NCBI GenBank assembly: GCA_041662125.1
Contig: JBAZTA010000002.1
Coordinates: 9,064 to 73,063, forward strand
DNA length: 64,000 bases
Source of the DNA: Candidatus Omnitrophota bacterium
Lineage (GTDB): Bacteria; Omnitrophota; Gorgyraeia; Gygaellales; Profunditerraquicolaceae
Direction of reading: 5' to 3'
Part shown: piece by piece, positions 63,001 to 64,000 of the stretch
Position numbering within the stretch: position 1 is the stretch's first letter
Layout: each line of letters begins with the position of its first letter
Made by a program: the position numbers and the translations under genes
The notes under the pieces: model-generated
Told to the model about the DNA's origin: nothing
The model's database searches: none
Seen by the model: the letters and a program-made list of their open reading frames with translations, nothing else

Positions 63001-63920
63001 ATATTTCTCGTCTAGGAACATTAAGATTACTAGCGGATTCTATGAGTATCCAAGAAAAAGAGTGTTTAGATGATGTTCAAAAAGAAAAAGTATTTTCCAC
63101 ATCGTCTCCGGTCAAATATGCGAATTTGCCAAGAGTTAAAGACAGGTTTTCCGTCACGGCGTTTTTATCAGTCAATAGACAATGGTTAGTTTATCAAGGT
63201 CAAGCAACTTCGCCTTTGGCAATTCCTGAACGGGGTTTTTCATCATATGTTCTTGTTTTTATTCTAAGCTTTTTGAACGCTTGCGCTCCTCCTGCTTTTA
63301 TTCGCAATATTCCGACTTCTCCGTATCATATTCCTGCGTCTATTGAACGCAAGCCCGCTAAAGACATAACTTCGGTTTTGACTCCCCGGAAATCTAAATT
63401 GCAATCTGGCATTTTTACTCTCCACGATATTAGACAAAGAAAGGGTAGTTTAAGTATAGATGAATCTTCCAAGGTCATTGGCAGGCTTTGCGGTATTGAT
63501 TGGCGTTTTGTAGCTGAACGTCTCGGAAGAAAGCCGTTGATCGTCCCCGCGTATATCCCGGATTATCTGCAGTATAGCCCGCTGCCTCCAGTTATCAATA
63601 AAATAAAAAGCCATCACAAATTTGTCCTTATCGTGAAATTTATTCACCATAAAAATATTGAAGGAAAAGCGTATCCGTTCCCGGTTTCTTTCCTTGGTAT
63701 GTATGCGCGAGGAAAACTTGTGCGCTCGTTTCAGGTGGGGATCGGAGAAAATCCCGGAAATACACCATTAGGCTGGCACAGGATCACCCGGTTTGACCGC
63801 TGGCATAAATCAAGCTCATATAAGACGCCTGACGGGCTTCCCGCGCCGATGTATTGGGGCCTACAATTGGACGGTAGCCGTATATGGTTACATCAGGGGA
63901 CGATTGCCGCTCCTCTTTTA
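3..63920 (+). CDS. Giant multidomain protein, 5'-partial. At least 21,305 codons lie in the window, ending at TAG 63918-63920, which is probably not the true terminus.
   Basis: No stop codon in frame 0 (codon starts divisible by 3) from nt 3 to 63917. The frame was confirmed by direct codon reading at 3-13140, 16500, 18120, 19584, 22740, 25833, 27183-27700, 28020-28560, 30300, 30900, 31539-31620, 32700, 33360, 37182, 44952, 46779, 52662, 53544, 57555, 58452, 59040, 60084 and 63720-63920. Every listed + strand ORF is in frames 1/2 and 92 aa or shorter. Conserved catalytic motifs occur in frame 0 throughout. Confidence 0.9.
438..770 (+). other. Type I phosphoribosyltransferase (orotate/purine PRTase-like) domain
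   Basis: Translation RLSVVGKYTGGLITGLLLAQKLNLPF ... GAIVVDDEMTKGNVIVNTNRALDALGVKVEANVIVLQS. The PRPP-binding motif is the acidic-hydrophobic VVDDxxTxG (645-690). Confidence 0.6.
3972..4960 (+). other. NAD(P)-dependent epimerase/dehydratase (extended SDR) domain
   Basis: Rossmann motif ITITGHTGDIGTELARF at 3972-4020. Later IYASSQRVY (4320) and RISNVYGPG (4572-4598) match the NVYGP motif typical of NAD-dependent epimerases. Confidence 0.6.
4995..6000 (+). other. ROK-family sugar kinase-like domain
   Basis: N-terminal DIIVFDIGGTSVRAGIYN (ATP-binding DxGGT) at about 5001-5040. A zinc-motif-like SLCDCGGRGHLGSVASGRAAE lies at 5541-5600; the ROK consensus is CxCGxxGCxE and the second Cys is His here. 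Confidence 0.6.
6150..7100 (+). other. Dehydroquinate-synthase-like sugar phosphate cyclase domain (DHQS / 2-deoxy-scyllo-inosose synthase / EEVS superfamily)
   Basis: SIFVAIGGGALMDVVGLAAQLYRRQIDYIRIPTTLLGLVDAAVGVKVGVNYEGHKNFVGSFHAPYAVISD...RAGVAEILKIA at 6372-6660. Metal-binding FGHTFAHQME...LLHGEAVGIDI at about 6810-6900. These match the DHQS hallmarks GGGxxxD, IPTTLL, KN.G.F, GHT.GH and HGEAV. Confidence 0.75.
7500..7885 (+). other. Radical SAM core domain, copy 1
   Basis: IRCNLKCLICS at 7548-7580 (C-x3-C-x2-C), then YDYPFPRIQFCGTSEPTLNP, GKEIELITNAILLTP and AGLTLLKASIDGP. Confidence 0.7.
8210..8550 (+). other. DUF218 (YdcF/ElyC/SanA-like) domain
   Basis: VELMMVLGSPDLRIPEVAAELYKQGYAFKIITSGARGRW ... 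GVPKKVFLPMDRKATNTGANLRNI ... ILLLQTPISQRR resembles the DUF218 pattern (vvLG...R...a..ly..g....ii.SGg ... S.nT.eNa ... vlvT...H..R). Confidence 0.45.
10008..10076 (+). other. Predicted single transmembrane helix inside the giant ORF
   Basis: ALLVIVGLWGIVFIIWRIFKK: about 20 consecutive hydrophobic residues followed by basic residues. Confidence 0.5.
11080..11960 (+). other. Radical SAM core domain, copy 2 (paralogue of 7500-7885), with a C-terminal Cys-rich extension
   Basis: ETSNKCNLGCVICFH at 11100-11145 (C-x3-C-x2-C). YDYPLPKVQFCGSSEPTLHP, GVELITNATLLTAELAKALSDAGLTLLKASIDGP are about 60% identical to copy 1. Downstream Cys cluster LPECCCLDAIF (about 11935), possibly SPASM-like. Confidence 0.7.
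16500..19600 (+). repeat. Tandem module A (~3.1 kb): N-terminal helical/beta region plus a GlgE-like alpha-1,4-glucan:maltose-1-phosphate maltosyltransferase (GH13_3) catalytic domain
   Basis: GlgE hallmarks in frame 0: PEVARFGTWYASFPRSFGGF (18120-18180), [80 protein letters not shown]. The module starts with QSSSSAIE (16503) and ends with KKSSSAIS (19584). Confidence 0.8.
19600..22760 (+). repeat. Tandem module B (diverged copy) with a GlgE-like catalytic domain
   Basis: Collinear with A and C at about 60-70% aa identity: ARFGTWYESFPRSFGGF (21250), [66 protein letters not shown]. Ends at ASSAIVAASSAI (22746-22781). Confidence 0.8.
22760..25860 (+). repeat. Tandem module C (about 90% nt identity to A) with a GlgE-like catalytic domain
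   Basis: 22801-22920 is nearly identical to 16541-16660. VARFGTWYASFPRSFGGF (24370), [35 protein letters not shown]. Ends at KKSSSAIV (25839). The A to C offset is about 6255 nt, also mirrored by duplicated antisense ORFs in the track. Confidence 0.85.
27305..27571 (+). other. Embedded alternative-frame (frame 2) ORF with a canonical RBS inside the giant ORF. Status uncertain: possible overlapping gene or chance ORF.
   Basis: TAATAA (27284-27289, frame 2), then AAGGAGG (27292-27298), a 6-nt spacer, and ATG 27305. 88 codons to TAA 27571. Frame 0 stays open across the whole interval. Confidence 0.25.
27640..28260 (+). other. Cluster of about 5 predicted transmembrane helices (membrane anchor preceding GGDEF)
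   Basis: Hydrophobic stretches FLSLGLGALCGFYKFDFVNLPFVFVTILLLAVIIS, ILITFLSPLLILHKI, GGYVYVMALEALTMIITLPYGVLPAFLYLFVVSIVPYSL. Confidence 0.55.
28290..28800 (+). other. GGDEF diguanylate cyclase domain
   Basis: RDPLTGAYNRRYLDEEL ... [30 protein letters not shown] ... DSLFRYGGEEFCLAL (GGEEF at 28548-28562) ... RADRALYEAKESGRNKVV. Confidence 0.85.
30250..31110 (+). other. RelA/SpoT-homologue module: HD (hydrolase-type) domain plus (p)ppGpp synthetase-like domain
   Basis: HD part: GVHGIILVLADKLASGRHLETVEERISWANEVHCIYAPLAEFLKLEGL (30345-30480; compare IKLADRLHNMRTL and IYAPLAxRLG). Synthetase part: DVFGVTIISRQRNDVYHILSYL and GIQAQWNEHVVFINIEGVPCEVQIFSREDWKAKQMFDRPHWVYKL (30890-31020; compare EVQIRT...HW.YK). 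Confidence 0.7.
32180..33230 (+). other. Maltokinase (Mak/Pep2)-like aminoglycoside-phosphotransferase-fold kinase domain
   Basis: RIHGDFHFSQILR at 32721-32759 (Mak catalytic RIHGDLHLGQVLR). YIIIDLEGEPLASPHQRWEKKTPLQDVAGAIRSFGY at 32770-32880 (Mak: IDFEGEP...PLRDVAGMLRSFDY). Confidence 0.7.
33360..35330 (+). other. GH77 4-alpha-glucanotransferase (amylomaltase / MalQ-like) domain
   Basis: GVFAPLAYWRSEHDWGTGDIDVLLKVVDFSKGMNLSPLQLLPLNYPLGDNCPYHIASTYYLDPVYI at 33366-33560 matches the GH77 N-terminal signature (G.F.PL.SL.S..WGIGDF ... Q.LPL......SPY.S.S.FA.NP..I). LRIDHLLGYYRIY and VMENLGVVPQE fit later GH77 motifs. Confidence 0.75.
36160..36260 (+). repeat. About 33-aa beta-strand motif, copy 1 (YTLSFQWPGNRENGGWEGRGYRLWVLDQGE)
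   Basis: Second copy at 39165-39265 (YTLSFRWPEKQTNSGWEGRDYYFRVLGENE). Looser relatives occur in the N-terminal parts of the GlgE modules, so this is possibly a carbohydrate-binding / domain-S-like unit. Confidence 0.5.
36640..37720 (+). other. GH13 (alpha-amylase superfamily)-like catalytic region
   Basis: Conserved region II GFDGFRVDLAYEL at 37182-37220. YFVLEVYGEVP follows, consistent with region III (E). The rest is uncharacterised, so subfamily and activity are unknown. Confidence 0.45.
39300..40640 (+). other. TPR-like helical repeat region
   Basis: Recurrent 34-aa amphipathic patterns, e.g. AEALVVFDHAVAQ...LDEALVVYEEALRIASDNYAKAQ and DDKALNSFSQVLSIYP, with W/LG/Y/A/F/A/P-type spacing. 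Confidence 0.5.
44060..45060 (+). other. GT9 (heptosyltransferase-like) glycosyltransferase domain
   Basis: KRVLILTIPKMDYGAELVWSLIMNVLAMHN near the N-terminus. C-terminal VVTPDTFVMHAAIAAGKWVITPWGN at 44949-45020 resembles the GT9 DSGPMHLAAALGTPTVALFGPT motif. Confidence 0.45.
46440..46600 (+). other. Two predicted transmembrane helices
   Basis: WFMGMVMGTFIGVIICDILKF and VYVVYIIGACALLGIVIYSFI. Confidence 0.5.
46690..47110 (+). other. Class I SAM-dependent methyltransferase domain
   Basis: Motif I VLSVGCGDATL at 46779-46811. Acidic end of strand 2 (VIGADKS), FDVVLFPELIGHL, and post-motif LKEGGRIIIAT. Confidence 0.65.
47950..49020 (+). other. FkbH-like HAD domain followed by a GNAT-like acyltransferase region
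   Basis: VKCVVVDADGVLWGGIVGEDG at 47958-48020 (FkbH: DLDNTLWGGVIGEDG). LAINSKNN and LFLDDSVHERE match HAD motifs II/III. C-terminal IIDTFCLSCRAIGRTVEWAFMSNVVD is GNAT-like. Confidence 0.5.
50560..50960 (+). other. Second RelA/SpoT-type HD (metal-dependent phosphohydrolase) domain
   Basis: YFSHLIDVVKMLLVDCKL...VIIIAAILHDSLEEKDITDEVLLEIFGPRVYRIVKLLTK...IARLIKMVDRIQNVATM (compare AALLHDvvEDT...FG..va.lV.gvTK...IKLADRLHNMRTL). Confidence 0.6.
51430..51960 (+). other. HAD-superfamily hydrolase domain
   Basis: Motif I ILLDMDQTLY at 51442-51471. Motif II LAIATNN. Motif IV SIGDRKEFDLYSAARIGIAGI. Confidence 0.65.
52540..52900 (+). other. Nudix-like hydrolase domain with a degenerate Nudix box
   Basis: AFVVTPENKILLQRRAPGRAYELYLSIFGGHLKAGQGYVEAIREELQQELHL (box-like at 52662-52730; canonical Gx5Ex7REUxEExGU is only partly satisfied). 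Confidence 0.4.
53540..54560 (+). other. Gfo/Idh/MocA-type NAD(P)-binding oxidoreductase domain
   Basis: ADIVVVGAGKIGTMAGGIIG at 53544-53603 (Rossmann). TPDHMHYGSIRRLSDIGVKKFILEKPVS matches the EKP motif of the family. Confidence 0.55.
54940..55330 (+). other. Cupin-like beta-barrel domain
   Basis: GVNAHLVRINKNTSVPHFHVKQQDELYLIM ... GEIIYIPTGIGHQADN (two-His/Glu spacing typical of cupins). Confidence 0.35.
56640..57900 (+). other. GT4/GT5-type (GT-B) glycosyltransferase domain
   Basis: N-terminal IKVVHVSYQDPSHLAGGQGVAVLNICEALVLKGYE. C-terminal VVPSLYEPFGLVLTEYMSRRKAVVSTLTYGARDIL at 57555-57660 (E-x7-E motif). Confidence 0.65.
58180..58510 (+). other. HIT-like (histidine triad / GalT-like) domain
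   Basis: CVFCRMVGNADNKFLLIDLEEYFGLPYKLVADSRPFF ... NQAAHLHIHVYD (HxHxHxx at 58458-58478). Confidence 0.5.
59040..59990 (+). other. Radical SAM core domain, copy 3, with a C-terminal Cys-rich region
   Basis: LHLTNQCNQDCDWCSY at 59055-59100 (C-x3-C-x2-C). ILIVGGGEPTLYED at 59175-59215. Downstream cysteines AHWCWQ...YPCFAVCE...MECRKGC, possibly SPASM-like. Confidence 0.7.
60050..61060 (+). other. PEP-utilising-enzyme ATP-grasp N-terminal domain (PPDK_N-like; pyruvate-phosphate dikinase / PEP synthase / glucan-water-dikinase type)
   Basis: VEVAGGKGSNLYRLS...IPEGYILTSELF (60084-60190) and VAVRSSANIEDANNISCAGQAKTILNV (60418-60500) match the vGGKganL / VAVRSSa.EDl..sfAGq.dT.ln signatures. Confidence 0.6.
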
Positions 63921-64000
63921 GAGAAGCGTGAAAATAGCCTTTATCGCGGCTCACACGGGTGTATCCGCGAACAGGAGGAAGATGCCTCACGGTTGTTCAA
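63738..64000 (+). other. L,D-transpeptidase (YkuD/ErfK) catalytic domain, interrupted by the frame-0 TAG at 63918. The catalytic Cys motif lies in the -1 (frame 2) reading.
   Basis: Frame 0: IGENPGNTPLGWHRITRFDRWHKSSSYKTPDGLPAPMYWGLQLDGSRIWLHQG then RLPLLF*. Frame 2 from 63899: EIAAPLLEKRENSLYRGSHGCIREQEEDASRLF (compare YGIHGT...SHGCIRMxNEDxxELF). The junction is at the GGGG run 63896-63899. Confidence 0.65.

Noticed and set aside
63918-63920. Taking the TAG at 63918 as the genuine C-terminus of the giant protein
   Set aside because: The stop falls between the two halves of an L,D-transpeptidase catalytic domain, and the catalytic Cys motif continues in the -1 frame. A one-base change at the adjacent GGGG run restores continuity, so a true terminus here is less likely than a frameshift (sequencing error, programmed shift or recent mutation).
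281-63990. All minus-strand ORFs in the supplied track (60-259 aa; e.g. 9287-10066, 12428-13108, 17426-18193, 19263-19796, 42815-43327)
   Set aside because: They lie antisense to a continuously coding + strand frame. Their translations are low-complexity (S/T/P/L-rich) with no recognisable motifs. Those in the 16-26 kb repeat are simply duplicated at the repeat offset (e.g. 17426-18193 mirrors 23996-24448). They are typical antisense artefacts in a long gene.
1-64000. Alternative model: the window is an operon of about 30 ordinary genes (sugar kinase, cyclase, GlgE, MalQ, RSH, GTs ...) rather than one gene
   Set aside because: Separate genes would need stop codons, and none exists in frame 0 for 63.9 kb. 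Inter-domain regions are in-frame linkers (often carrying the SSSP motif), not intergenic spacers with RBS/start signals.
1-64000. tRNA, rRNA or other structured RNA genes
   Set aside because: No uninterrupted non-coding stretch exists and no tRNA-like cloverleaf or rRNA-like segments were noticed. The window is coding throughout in a single frame.

Overview
The whole 64-kb window appears to be the interior of one giant + strand gene. One reading frame, with codons starting at positions divisible by 3 (3, 6, 9 ...), has no stop codon from nt 3 to the TAG at 63918-63920. That is 21,305 codons, and the gene starts upstream of the window. I confirmed this frame by codon-by-codon reading at more than 25 checkpoints along the window. 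The supplied ORF track omits it, presumably because it runs off the left edge. Every + strand ORF the track does list is 92 aa or shorter and lies in the other two frames. Every minus-strand ORF is a short antisense artefact. I saw no tRNA, rRNA, CRISPR or transposase signatures.

The polypeptide is a mosaic of more than 30 recognisable enzymatic and signalling domains joined by linkers. In order they are:
- a phosphoribosyltransferase-like domain, an NAD-epimerase (SDR) domain, a ROK sugar-kinase domain, and a DHQS-like sugar-phosphate cyclase;
- three radical-SAM cores (CxxxCxxC), two of them paralogous, plus a DUF218-like domain;
- a tandem triplication of a ~3.1-kb module, each copy ending in a GlgE-like (GH13_3) maltosyltransferase domain;
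- a membrane-anchored GGDEF diguanylate cyclase and a RelA/SpoT-type HD plus (p)ppGpp-synthetase pair, with a second such HD domain further on;
- a maltokinase-like domain, a GH77 4-alpha-glucanotransferase, a GH13-like domain, TPR repeats, and GT9-like and GT4 glycosyltransferases;
- a SAM-dependent methyltransferase, FkbH/HAD, HAD, Nudix-like, Gfo/Idh/MocA, cupin and HIT domains, and a PEP-utilising (PPDK_N-type) dikinase domain;
- an L,D-transpeptidase (YkuD) domain cut by the frame-0 TAG, with its catalytic SHGCIR motif lying in the -1 frame after a GGGG run.

A [K/R]-S-S-S-P-[I/V/L] motif, and the variant S-S-S-A-I, recurs at least 25 times at domain boundaries. It is often encoded by the same nucleotide core AGCAGCCCGAT.

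My interpretation is a previously undescribed prokaryotic giant gene of the kind reported from a few uncultivated lineages. It fuses the alpha-glucan GlgE pathway (Mak, GlgE x3, MalQ), cyclitol-like sugar chemistry, second-messenger modules and a cell-wall transpeptidase into one reading frame. All domain calls rest on motif recognition by eye from the translated sequence. Domain boundaries are approximate.
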